A DNA stretch of 64,000 nt from positions 1,364,001-1,428,000 of the forward strand of contig JAYWIR010000039.1 of the NCBI GenBank assembly GCA_036172245.1, given 5' to 3'. The translations under genes and the position numbers were made by a program. Below, piece after piece: positions 24,800 to 36,765 of the stretch (the stretch's first letter is position 1; the number at the start of each line of letters is the position of its first letter). Below the pieces are notes generated by a model. The model saw only the letters and a program-made list of their open reading frames with translations, was not told the DNA's origin and made no database searches. Source of the DNA: Raillietiella orientalis. Taxonomy: Eukaryota.

Positions 24800-26300
24800 C
24801 CGTTTTGCCTCAGGGTGAAGCATCCGGGAAGAGAAGGACGGGAGAGCAGACGTTCCCCGGAAGGCGAGGAACGGGAGGAGGGGAAAGGTGGCGCGGGGAA
24901 CGAGATCCTCACCCCTATCCGAGAAGGGCGCGCGCGCACTCGGCGAGCAGGGAGCGATCGTCCCGACGATGCGAGACGTTCCCTGCTCTGCTGCCGCCCC
25001 CGGGAGGGGCGCGCCGCCCCAAAGTGCGGGCTCCCCGCGCAAGCCCGACGCGGCCGCCTTGCTCGCTGCTTCGGGCCAGCCACCGAGACGCGGCCGCATG
25101 TCGGAGCGCAGCTCGAAAGTGGAACGGTCGGGCATCTGGGACGGCCGAGAGGCCCCACGCGCGCATCTCCGCTGGCCTCCCTCGGGGCGTTCCGGTGCGC
25201 GCTTCCAAAGTTGCAAATCGCTAATGCGCGCGCCCGAAACGCAACGCGAGGAGGCGCGCGCGTCACGTGACTCGAACTCCGGGCCGATCGGATCGGAGGG
25301 GAGCGCGCGGAGTCTGTGATCGCAGCGCTCCTCGCGGAGTGGTTTGCGTGGTTCGGCTCATCGCTTTGCCCCGGGTGCGAACCGGAGGGCCGTTCTCTCC
25401 CTGCGGGAGGGGAAGGGGGGGGATCAGTCCGGTTCCCTGGGGGTTTCCGACGCGACGAGCATGGAAGGAGCGAAGCACGCTCGGGTCCGTTCGGCCTCGC
25501 CCCACGCCCCACGCACGCCCGGCTTCGCAGCTGTGCTTGCCTGGGGAGCTGGTTGCTTCAGACAGGGAGCTGGCTGCTCCTACGCAGGCTTTCGTCATCC
25601 CGCGCCGCGCTTCCTGGAGAGCCGCCGGGCGGTGAGGTTCCCCGCTGACGCCCTCACGGGCGGAAAGAGGGGCGTGGCGCGCCGGCGACCCTGTCCCGGA
25701 AGAGTGAGCGTCCGGGAGGCGCACGGCGGGGACCCGACAGGCCGGGGGACGAGCCGCGTTGCTCGCTGTCCCCGGCGGTTTCCCCGAAAATTCCGCCGAG
25801 CGCCTCCCGGCGCGAAATCGAATTAAAAGGGAGCGAGGCTTCGCCCGCACCGACGAGGCGGCGCCGCACAGGGAATTCTCCGGAGAGAGCGGGCGCGGCT
25901 CCGTGTCCAAGAAACAAAATCCATATGCTTTCTCGTGCGTGTGCGTGTGCGTGTGCGTGCGCGCGCGCGAGACGCGTTCTCTCTCCTTCCCCATCCATCC
26001 CGTTTCGCTTTCGTGCAGAGAAGGGGGAGGGGGAAGAAAAGGGGAGTGGGGGAGGGGGAAGGGATACAAAGGCGCAGGGTCGCTCAGCAACGCCGAGCTC
26101 ATCTCCACTTCGGGTCGAGTTTCATGTATCGTTTTCCACCGGTCATCAAAAGCGCTCCGGGAGGGCGTGACCATCCCTCCGAGGTGCAGCGGGCGACGGG
26201 AGGCGCGCGCTAGGAAAAGCTCCGCCGCCTGGGCGCTGCATGCGCATGACCCGTCCGCTCCCCACAGGACGCGAGACGGGCCGGCCGCGTTCGCTGCTCT
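24800..26300. other. Very GC/CpG-rich segment with a (GTGCGT)n/(CG)n run at ~25935-25970
   Basis: Visibly dense CpG, a palindromic E-box GTCACGTGAC at 25262-25271, an alternating purine-pyrimidine run, and a G-run cluster at 26020-26063. ORFs in all six frames are low-complexity R/A/P/G. Confidence 0.6.
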
Positions 26301-28454
26301 TCTGTTTCTTTCGGTTTTCGCATGCTGCTGGAGGATGCTCGACTCCCATGGAAACTGCGACTAAGTATTCCGCGGGTCAGATTTCGTGCTTGCTGAAATG
26401 CAGCGTGGTGCAAGGTGCATGACGGTGCATTTGGCGAAGAATCTCTCCTGCCTGTTTTTTCTTTTTTGTTGTTTCTTTCTTTTTTTGGCAATGAGTCGAT
26501 CTCGTCGTGCGGTGCAGCGTGCATCCTCGTCTCATGCCGCTACTGCCTCGAAGTACCAGAGGGAACACGAAAGCGAGGGATCTTCCCTCTCCTGCCTTTC
26601 GGTTTCTCTACCTCTCTAGGGCGTTGCTGTTGCTGCTGCTGATGGTGATGTTTTCCGGGACCAGGGAGTCATTCGTTGACCGCCGCGTACTCTTCGCCGA
26701 AACTGTGGCAGTCATGGCACCCCTGAGTACGTCCGGCATGAGGCTTTCGGTAGTCCCCGCGAGCAACTACAAAGCAGCAGCCTCCAAACGGGATGAATGT
26801 GGGGAGCCCGGACGGAAGAGGGGGAGGGGAGGATGACCCTCGAAAAAAGGGAACTGTCCCGTGACTGTTCGGAGGAACGGTGGTTTTCCCAATGCTGAGG
26901 AGCGGCACCGGCTTTGATCCTCTCGCGACCGACCGTGCCTTACCGCGAGATGACGTAGCGAGAGCGCGCCGCCGTAGCAACGGGGAGCGCGCTTTTTCCG
27001 GTTTCCTTCTCGTCAGGAGGGATGTGACCGACTGGCCGGGGGGAGAAGAATGTCTCATGCGACAGCACCTCCGGAGAGTTTCCCCTCATGCCTCGTGTTG
27101 GTAGAGGTCTCTCGCAGAGCTGCCGCGTTGCTAGGACACTGGGGGACCCGCCGTTCCTCCGTTTCTGGCGCACCTTGGTCACTCCTGGACAGTCCTCTCT
27201 TGCTCTGATCGCCTACGACGGATAGCGGAAACTCTTTACGGGAACCGGAAGGGCGTGCGCCGCAGTTCGGGAGCAGCCGGTCGCCTCAGGGGAAAACAGA
27301 AGTCTCGAGTTCCCAGGTGACCGGCCGGAGCTGCGCGCGCATCCAGAAGGTGAAGGCCGGGGAAGCCGGCGCGCGCCTGCTGCGGGACTCGGCTCGCGCG
27401 AGGCGAACTCCGTGGAAGAACTTCGCCGCTGGGAGCGCTGCCGTGCCGGGCAGGTGGAGAGTCGGTGCCGAAAACACGCATCCGAACCCGGCAGGACCTC
27501 CGAAAGAGAGAGAGAGCAGGAGGAAGGTCGAAGAGCCCAGGGAAGCCGAAAATCCCCCTCGCGTCTTGGGCCTTCCTCGCCGAAAGCCCACCCGGCGCGG
27601 AGTCACTACGAGAGGTGGACGGGAGGCGGTCGGTGGCCGCAGCGCACCCATCCGCTGAGCAGAGCGCTGTTCGGTTCCGCGGAGCGCGACTTGTCCGCTG
27701 CTCCGCTCCCCGGATCCGTGCCAGCGGATCTCCCATGTCCACTCTACCGGAACCCCCCGGAAACAGCCGGTTGCCACGCAGCTCCTCTGCAGACGAAACG
27801 TTTCCAGGACCGAGTTTCTGGGGATTTCTCGAAGGAAGAAGGGGAGAGGGAGGAGAACTCCGGAGGACAGAACTGCCAGACTGAACCTCGAGGGTGGAAG
27901 CAGCGGAGGGGGCGAGGCGACTCCTCGCCCCGGAACACCAACGGGACGGAAAGCGAGCGTTGGCGCGGGACGAGGCAGGGAGAAGGCAGACGGCAGCAGC
28001 GAGGAAGCGAACATGGCGGAGCACAAGGAAGGAAGGCGTTTTTTTTTTTTTTTTTCCTTTCTTTCTTTGTTTTTTTCTTTTTTTCGTTCCATCTCCTGTG
28101 AAATACGTCTGAGTGGTTCCAGCACCGGAGACTTGCAGTTGACGGGAATCGGGGTTTTCCCCCCGAACGAGGATGATTTGTTCTGGGGAATGGAGAAAGC
28201 AACCGGAATCAGAAACGAGCTGATCCTTTAGCGGTGGCGCTGCCTGGAATGTTCGAGATGGAACCAAAGCGCTGCCTCGGTTTCCTGGCGGGACGGAGGA
28301 CGGACCTTTCCCAAGAGACTCCTCGTTGAGAACCATGGAAACGTAGGACGAGAGGGGAAGAAGACGAAGAAGAAGAAAAGAAGGAGAAAAAATATATGAG
28401 GGGATGCCCTGATAATGAAAGTGACAGTTGAATTGAAATGTGACCGAAACCTTA

Positions 28455-28720
28455 AGCACTCGCGGCGGCCACACGCACAAGTGCGTGTGGCCGCCGCGTA
28501 ACCGGCAACGGTGCCGAGCCAAAGCATCGCTCTTGGAGATGTTGATTGCCGTGCAGTGGATTGTCACCGGCTGCTGCGTCTGCGTCCACCGGTTCCACGG
28601 GAAGGCATGGCCACGCAACTCTCCGATACGGAGGCAGGGATGGATGATGATGATGAAGATGCAGATCTGCTGTGCCATCATCCTGCGCGGGTCGATATTC
28701 GGCGCGAGCTGCGGGACCCA
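28455..28720 (+). pseudogene. EGF-repeat plus transmembrane protein remnant
   Basis: HKCVWPPRNRQRC...CCVCVHRFHGKAW resembles two EGF C-x-C-xx-G-F/Y-x-G-xx-C tails with C>W losses. A hydrophobic stretch MMMMKMQICCAIILRGSIFGA follows. Confidence 0.4.
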
Positions 28721-30259
28721 TCATCAAAGTGGTCCGCAGCACGGGAAGGATGGAGGAGGCTGTGAAGAAGAGGAATTGCGTCATCCGCACCTCCTTCGTG
28801 CTACGAAACGGATCAAAGATTCATGTCCACTCTTCTGACGAGCCCCCCGTTGCCACGCCGACGACAGAAATGAATTAATGCTGAGATCGAGAGAGAGATA
28901 TTGATCTAAAAGTCGAGTCCGCGGGTGATTCGTGATTCTGAACCTCAGATTTTCTGCTCTGCTGCTCCACCTTGGGTGATCGCCCTTCCTGGAAAGTTCG
29001 GTGCGAATTACGTCGTCGGGGTACCGGGCTCTACGAGAATGGGTTCCCACTGAACAGGTCGCTCCTGGGAGTGCTCTGATTAGTGGCGTGTGAGCAGCGA
29101 CCCCATCGGAAACGCCGCACGCTCCACCGCGTACACGCGGAACGACCCGTCCAGATGGGTCATTCTCGTTCCGGATTGCCGTGGTGTTACCAAAGCACAG
29201 GCGGATGAAATTCGTGCGGCCCGAAACCACGGGGACCACCACCACTCACGCTGGAGACAGGACTAGAAGAGAGAGCGCATGGAGAAGAGGAGGAACGGAG
29301 AGTGGGATGGACGAGCGCGTACCCACCAGTTTAGGGGGCGGGCCACCTAAACTGGTGGGTCCCCGCGACGGTTCAGGCCCACGCCAGTTCGGTCCATCGT
29401 GCGCTCCTCAGAAACTGGGGGAGCCCTTCCCGGGCATCCGGATTCGCTCCTTTCTTGGGTGGCGCTCGCAATGGCATCCGAGGCGCAAGGACGAGAGGGA
29501 GGAGGCATGAATCACTGTGTGGGAATTCGCTCCCCCTCCGTAGGAAGACGAAAGGGAATGATTCAGCTGCAAGACGCGTTCCCGGAAATAGCCGCACATT
29601 CACTCCAACAGCCAAAATCTTTTTCTGGGTGCGGGAATGGTTGGAGCATCAGTCAGCTGCCGATGAGGACCACGCCCAGAACTCTTACGCTAGCCCAAAG
29701 TGTGACTAAAAGTGTTGCTTCGGTGTTTCGGACGGTCAAGATGCACGTAGCCGATGGCAACCGCACGACGCTTCCCATTCATCGGAGCGCTTCAGCGTGC
29801 CTGAGAGATTACTGCAGATCAATTTAGCGACCGCTTCCACAGGAAGGAGGCGCTTGAATCTTCTCTTAGATCGGCACTGATGTGGGTTTCTCGTTGCCGA
29901 CAGCAGTGGGACGTGGAGTTCCACTTCCGTGCTCGGCGTGCGCTGTTACGCACATCGCATTCGATTTCCCTGCTCCCCGCGCGACGTGGCATCCACTTTT
30001 CAGCACGGAAGCGTAGCAGAACCGCCGCGACCCAAGAACAAGAATGATGGCCCTATTTCGTATTGAGACTTTTGCGGCCATTTGGGTCTTTGCGTTCCTT
30101 CCAAGGCCAGATTACGTCTTCCAACCGTTCACCAAAGCCGCCCGTGTGGCTTCTTCCCCCCCCCCTTTCTCCCTCCCGTCGTGATGAATCGAATCATTTT
30201 AGAGAGCATGTAGAAACTTATCCCGGACGCAGGGGAGATCCGCTGGGATCGCAGGGTCT

Positions 30260-30450
30260 CAGAAAGCGCAGGAGATTCCTCCAGCGGATGCATGCGAGCG
30301 TTGTTATCTCGTGCAGCACGTCTCTGAGCAGCTCACCAGAGCGGCTCACAAGAACAGAACGAGATAGCGGTGAACTCGTTCAATCAGGAATTAAATTGAA
30401 AATCAAGCTGATTTGGGTCCACGCTGTACCATAAACTTCGCCCAGAGACA
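30260..30450 (-). pseudogene. Possible CARD/death-fold remnant
   Basis: RSLWYSVDPNQL, frameshift, then LIFNLIPD*TSSPLSRSVLVSRSGELLRDVLHEITTLACIRWRNLLRFLR. Confidence 0.25.
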
Positions 30451-32143
30451 ACTTCAGTTACGAAATGAGAGAAGCGCTTTCTTTCGGGAGACCCCATTAA
30501 TCTTTCAATTGCTCAACTCTTTGCCTGCGTGATTTTGAGGAAGAAGATGAGAGCGGAAATGGGCACTGCATCCACCGTTTGGGAATGATCATGAGTGTGC
30601 TCGATACGGTGACTTTGCTCTGAGATGCAGGAATTCCAAGCCGAAGGGAAACAAACAAATAGGAAGGGGGGAGGGGAACAGCAGATCAGCGCGCGCATGT
30701 GGGTGTGAAGAGGAGGAAGAATCGGTTCCGTGGAGAATTTCGAAACTTCGAACAAAAGGAGAATTGCTCGCCGAGCTGCTTGTTTCATTTTATGTTTTAC
30801 AGGCCGGGAAAGCGTGGGGCAAACGTGGATCGCAGCCTCTCCACAATTTTGTTGCAAATCCCAACCTCGCACTGCCTTTTCCTTATTCCCCTTTCCAAAC
30901 GTACTTGCAGCTTCCTGTTAGAGGAAATTATGGATTCCAGGCGGAAGGGAAGGGGGGGGGGAATTAAAAATGTTCACTCTCTCATCGGTCCCTGTAGAGA
31001 ATAGGAGCCGCCTCTTACCCCACTGGATGTTAAAGTGCCAGTCCGCTCTGCCGCTGTTGGCAACACGCTAACCCAATACCGGGATGGGTGATGTAAGTGC
31101 CGAAGGAAAACTGGTTGCGTTCTGATCCCGGAAAGACATCTCTAGTGGATTCTGCACACCTCCGGGTTCATCATCGCTCTGACCTCTCGCAAAAACTTAC
31201 ATCTCATTCTTTTGCTGAGAAAAGTTTGAAAAAGCAATAGAATTATAGTGGAAAGATTTTTGATTACTGGCGAAATGACTTTGAAACTTTGCTTCAACAC
31301 TTACTGCGGTACACATACACCGTATTACCTTTTCCACAAGTGTACTTTTTTTAAAAAAAAAGAAAAAAAGAAAAAAAAAAAAGGATTGCATTTTTGCATC
31401 ATTTGGCTTATTCATCTATTTATTTATTTTCCCCAGGTATGCTCATCGTGCATAGGAAGATGTCATATCTGAAGACTGCCTCGCGTTGTTTTTACGGGCG
31501 CCTAGCTGGATGCAGTGGATGATGTTAAATACAATGTGAGCCAAACCAAACCCGGAATAGACATGCGAGTGTTTTCGACGCTTTACGTTCTGCGTTTGGT
31601 ACAAGAAACCCTGGAACTTTTTCGGTTTCGCTTTCGTGCTCTTGAACTCATTCCTCGAAAACTCGTTTGTTTTCGGTTGCTGGGAAAACAAGTAATTTCC
31701 TTGCTCATTTCGCAACTGAAAAAGCGATTTTCTGAATGAACTCAACCGAATCGACAGATAAAGTGCCATAATCGTGGATGAAATCACTGGAACGCAGTTT
31801 ATAAACAACAAGGTTCTACGGTCCCCTCCCCTATAACCGGGATGTATTAATATGATAACGTGTTATGTGTTTGTATATCGAATTATCCTATTTAATATTT
31901 AATTTATTCGACATATATTAATGATAATGCAAATATTAGCTTTCTAGTTTTTTTTTTTTTCTCTTCAAGTTCCTATTTCGCTCATGAGTTCGCATATTCC
32001 ATACAATATTATTAAATATAGCTTTTTTATATTTTAATTTAAACACTCGTGGTACTCATGACAATGAGCGATGGTTTCCGTTTAGGCTCGAGTGAAACGT
32101 GGCTGCGTGTGCGCGCCGGGGCCAGTTTCGTGACTGCGCTCAG

Positions 32144-32157
32144 GTTGCTAAGGTTAC
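32144..32157 (-). promoter_or_regulatory. RFX X-box motif
   Basis: GTTGCTAAGGTTAC is the reverse complement of GTAACC-TT-AGCAAC, a full match to GTNRCC(N0-3)RGYAAC. It lies just after the AT-rich island (~31.8-32.05k) and about 105 bp before a donor-like AAG|GTGAGG at 32263. Confidence 0.5.
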
Positions 32158-33819
32158 CCGCTTGCTGGTTTTGCTAGGATGCTCTCGTAGCATTCGAGTT
32201 ATTTATTTTCCTTTCGTCTGAATGGATGTGAACTACATGTTCCTGCTTCTCTGAATGAGAAGGTGAGGACTCGGTCTGTAATCCGCCGCAGGCAACGAAC
32301 TTCAAGTAAAATTTCCGGTTCGATGGAACACGAGATCACCTGGTAGTGCCTCGCAGGAGAAAGGCAGCTCATTTCTACAAGTGCGCTTATCTTCTTCCCC
32401 TTCCGTGTTTACAGGAGGCGGGAGACGGGGTCCGAATACGCTGCTGCGTATAACGCAGAATGCGAATGTTCCGCACTTGCTCCGGGAACGTTAGCGCGGG
32501 CTTCGTACTCTCTTTGGCCACGAAGGACAAGGATAGGGAAAATCCTTCTTAGCTCCCCGCCTTCTCGAGAAATTCACTACTGGACGCCGTCTTCAGCGAA
32601 TTTAGAAACGCTTCCGGAGCTCTTACAAGCATGCAAGAAATCTCGCCCTCCATGACTCGTACTCTATTGATCTTGATGTAAGAGCCAAATGGCACGTAGA
32701 ACTTGCGGCGTTTCATTAAAATTGAACATCCGCACCATTCCTTCCTCAAATCCAGTAGTCGCTTGAGGATGTCTTACTGATATGCAGTACAGAGGGAAAG
32801 GGGGTCAAAAAAAAAGAAAAAGATGGAGGTAGCTGCAATTCTTCCCTGACGTTGCGTTTGCATCTGTAGCGCGCGGAACACAGTCCACGATTTTTGGAAG
32901 GAGGATGAACCTACGGCGTGGACCTGGAAGTCCTTGAAATCATCTTGGAACGGAATTGGAACCCCTCTGATTTGCGGCTCCGTCGAGGAAGGCGCGACTC
33001 CCGATTCAACGCTTGTCCTGTTTCCCTACGCTTGGTCCGAAAGCCCGCGCTCGGCCTTCCAGGCAGACCCACGGAACGTCCGCCACCCCCTCGAATCAAA
33101 GTGGCCTGAGCCTGTGCGTCGTCGATCCAAGCACGTGGATGGCCACCTACGCTCTCACTCTCAGTTGCTCTTGATCCCCTTCCTGTGAGCCAAGCTGGGT
33201 ACTTCGCCTCCTCCCTTTCTGCCCCTCCTCTTCCTGCGTTCGCCAAGAACAGAAGAATGAATCCATCTCGTCCGCGCTGGTCTCAACTGTCAAATGTTTT
33301 AACAAGGAAACGAATGAATCAATTCATCAGAGGAAGGATCTCTAACATGTAAAGAACATCGAGAGGAATGTCTCATTACTCTGCCCGGTGTCGCCAGATT
33401 CGCTAATAAAAGAAAGAACCAAGAGGAATGCCCCGCGGACGTAATGGGGCTCTAATTGGTTTCCACACATGCTCCAGATAATCGATCCGTTTAAGAATGT
33501 GATTATGAGGGAGAGGGAGACCATAACTTAACCCACGTGGAAAGTGACAAAACGTGTAAATCCTTCCTTGGAATTGGGAATTCCGCACAGACACCCCGTT
33601 TACACCCCGACACGCTTCCCCCTTAAGGAAGGTTCCGCACTCGTCTCCGCTGGGCACGTGTTCCGCTCGAAGGTAACTGCAAATGAGAGATCCTTACTCT
33701 TCCGTTATGTGCTGCTCCAGAGCGATTCCCATCCGCGCGCTCTCGTGTGAGCGGATGAGGGTGTCCTCTCCCCTGCTTTCGGAATCTGTTCCTTCTGTAG
33801 AACTCGTCCCCCCCCCCCC

Positions 33820-34450
33820 CGGCGAAGGTCGCGTGGAGCCAAGCGTCGCGGGTTTCGAACCAATGTCCGCAGAAGAAGGATCGACGGCGAGAAGCGGATG
33901 GTGGACCGCTCAAGGTTCGAGTCATCCCCGTAGGATTACGCTGGTTGACCTCGGTTGGCTTCGGGTACGCTGGTGGAAGCCGGACGCTCCCCGTTGACTG
34001 ATCTCCGGGGTCCTTCCGGGAATCAAGGAGTCCGTTCTCTTCGAAGGTTCCCCTCTGGTTGTGGAATGAGCGACCTTCCATCGCGTACTTTGGAGCTGGT
34101 TGATAGGTTCCTCTAAGAAGCGCGCCGCTCCCATCGGGGAGCGGTCCTCCAGAGAGAAATCGGGAAGAGTCCCTTCTTGGTTCTTTTCAGAGGGGGAAAC
34201 CAGGAGCGCATCCTTTCCGGAGGATCCCTCCAGAGAAGAAATGAGGAGAATCCCCCTCCAGGGACGCGTCTAGAGAGACCAAAGAAGAGGCTTCCTTCGG
34301 AGGAACGGTCTCCTTCCTCCTTAGCCCTTCCTTGATAGGGTGGTCCCTCCGGATTTGCCTCCTAACTCTTGAAGAGTCACACAACCCTCGAATGGAAAGA
34401 CCAGCGCTAAAGACCATCGTGATCCCCCTCTCTCCCTCCCCCCAAGGAGG
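33820..34450 (+). mobile_element. R1 5' part (head, leader, ORF start)
   Basis: CCAAGCGTCGCGGGTTTCGAACC, a second B-box-like GGTTCGAGTC at 33914, the shared leader, and ATG 34066 giving MSDLPSRTLELVDRFL*EARR ... PPDLPPNS*. Confidence 0.85.
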
Positions 34451-35379
34451 CAAACAGTTCTTCGGCACTTGCGACCCTTCAGGGTGGCGCTTCTTGCGGC
34501 GAAGACGGGAGCAGATCGCACCCCCGCATGCAGCAGGCGTTCTTTCCTCTCAAGCGCCCGCTGCACGCCGCGGTTCGCAGTCGGAACCTGTGGCTAAAAG
34601 ACGCGATCTGAGAAGTCGGGGGAGGAGGGAGGGGGGAATTCCAGCGGCGTCCTCCCCCTTTCGAGGTGCTCCTTGCACCTTGCTCGACGAGCCTCGGGAG
34701 GGAACGCGACGAGGCAAGCGTCCCCTGACTGTTCCTCCTCACGAGGCATTTGGCACAGGGGAAGGAAGGAGGAGGGGGATGGAAGCCGCCATCGAACTTC
34801 CGCGTCTCCTCCCGGACCGCGTGAATCTGAGTGCACGCTCGAGAAAGTGTTTCGTGTCGGGGGAGCTGTCCTTGCAGCTGAGGAAGACCGAAACGCAGCA
34901 CGGTCGGTGCATTTGATCTTCCGAAAGTGACGCTGCTGGAGATTTCCTCTTCCTCCGAGAATGGAGCTGCAGCTCGAGCGAGGACGGAACCCACGGGAGG
35001 TTGCCTTTCTATCCACGGGGAGCTTGCGGGCGGAGCATGGCTCCGAAGCTGGGCTCGAGGAGTATGCTGACGATGATTAAAAAAAAATAAAATAAAATGA
35101 GATGAGATGAGCATCTCTTTGCTTCGATGCTCGAAAGAAGAACCTGCACAAGAACGAATTTTAAGATGCCGCCTTCCTTTCTTTCGTCCGGATGAAGTCT
35201 CCACCTGCTGATGCGGATTGCGCGTCTCCGCACTTTGTTTCAACGGGCAGCTCAGAGAAAATCCCCGAACAGGGGAGCCGCAACCCGTTGAGGACTTCGT
35301 GATCTGCTCGTCGGCGGCAGAACCCGCAGCAGGGAAAAAACGGGCGCGCCCGGCTGTGGGAAGCGCGCATCGGGAGCTT

Positions 35380-35817
35380 TTCTGGTTAACGGTGGTCTCC
35401 GTGCGTGGTACCACCAAGCGTCGCGGGGGTTCGAATACTCCCTAAAGAAATCCACGCAGCACGTCATGGGTTCGAATTCCTCCGCAAGATGACACTGGTT
35501 GGCCTACATCCGGGTGCGGCACTGGGGGAGTCTAGAAGCGGATGCCCCCTATGAGGGCCGGGACAATGGGAGTCGGCTTTCGGGTCCTTCCAGGAATCAA
35601 GGAGTTGGAGTTTCTTCCCTTCAGGTCGTGCGAAGGAGCGGAGCCCTCCGCGTCCTACTGATGGAGTAGGTGTGTAGCCACCTCTCCAGGGTGTGCAACG
35701 TAGCGAGCCGATCCCTTCGGGGAAGAAGCGCCCTTCAGAATTTCGGAAGCGTCTCTTTCGGGGTCCTCTTCAGAGGAGGAGCAAACAGGAGCGGTTCCCT
35801 TGCGGGTTCCTTCCGGA
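35380..35817 (+). mobile_element. R1 5' part
   Basis: GGTCTCCGTGCGTGGTACCACCAAGCGTCGCGGGGGTTCGAATAC, a second GGTTCGAATTCC at 35469, and CCTTCCAGGAATCAAGGAG. Confidence 0.8.
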
Positions 35818-36765
35818 GTTGTCATCCAGTCACGCCGGGGCGTTTGTTGATATAAATAAACACACAACACTCGTGGTACGAGGCCCCACTGCGGTCAACT
35901 CAACATGGACCTGCCGGGTCGCCGGTACGCAGACCGACGGGCTCACCTCGGGCACCGGAGGGGGAGGTAAGAAAACAAAAACAAAGAGCAAGCAAAAATA
36001 AACAAAACATTTGGGAAGGGAGGGAAGGGATCACTGCTCGCTGGAGAGAGTCTTCATCCGTTCCAGGATGCCAGCAAGGTCCGTCCGAATAATCCCCAGG
36101 TGGGGCCATCTAGCCACTATCCACAGGAAACGAACTGTGAACTGGATGGCGACCATTTCGTCGTTTGTTCTTCCTCTGTCGGCTTCGCTCCATGCCGCCA
36201 CGATCCCGCGGATGCAGCAAGGCTCTGCTAGGGCTGCGGCTAGCTTCAGGGCGTCCCGCACGAAGGGGAGCCTTAAAGCGCCCCTGGGGGGCCTGCCAAC
36301 CGGGATCTGGATGGTCGTCTCGTCCCCCAAACGTTCCCACAGGGGCCCTCCCCAGCATCCATGGTGTCGATGCGCGTTGCAGGGGAAGCCCCAGTGCAAC
36401 AGCAGAAGAGCCGACTCTTGCCACTTCAGGGGGAGGGTGCTCGTGTCCTTCGCCATTGGGGTCCACTCCCAGGCCTTCGGTTGGAATGCCGAGCAGCAGC
36501 TCGCCCCAACGCTGTTGTCCTCGCGGAGGGACGCTCGGGGTCGCTGCATCTGCCAGCTGTCCCGTGGTCCAACCACTTATCAATCGCTGCCTGCCTGCAA
36601 TTTCGCAGTAGGCTTCCCACCGCGGTCTTTGGCTGCTGCCTGGTGCCCTACGGAAAAAAAGCAGCCTTGCAGCGAAGGAGGTCGTCTCCGCCAACATGTT
36701 CCTCCAGAACACTCCTGGACCTTCCAGAGTGAGCAGCGGGCGTGGTTGCCGCCGAGTCGCAGACA
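35818..36765 (-). mobile_element. 5'-truncated R1 copy, antisense, with intact 3' end and well-preserved ORF C-half
   Basis: ORFs 36110..36772(-) and 36031..36576(-): RWEAYCEIAGRQRLISGWTTGQLADAATPSVPPRGQQRWGELL / TLPLKWQESALLLLHWGFPCN...PRGALRLPFVRDAL...RGIVAAWSEA...RFLWIVARWPHLGIIRTDLAGILERM. Terminus AAACGCCCCGGCGTGACTGGATGACAAC. Confidence 0.9.

Noticed and set aside
27236..28681. 481-aa minus-strand ORF (also 24568..25512 and 25263..26174)
   Set aside because: These run through homopolymer or microsatellite tracts, are R/P/S/G-rich and have no domain signature. Such ORFs are expected from stop-codon scarcity in GC-rich DNA.
32450..32775. RhoGEF DH-like remnant on the minus strand (ILKRLLDLRKEW...FYVPFGSYIK...RILRY)
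   Set aside because: Only a loose resemblance with an internal stop, and it conflicts with the plus-strand exon signals. Not supportable without an HMM.
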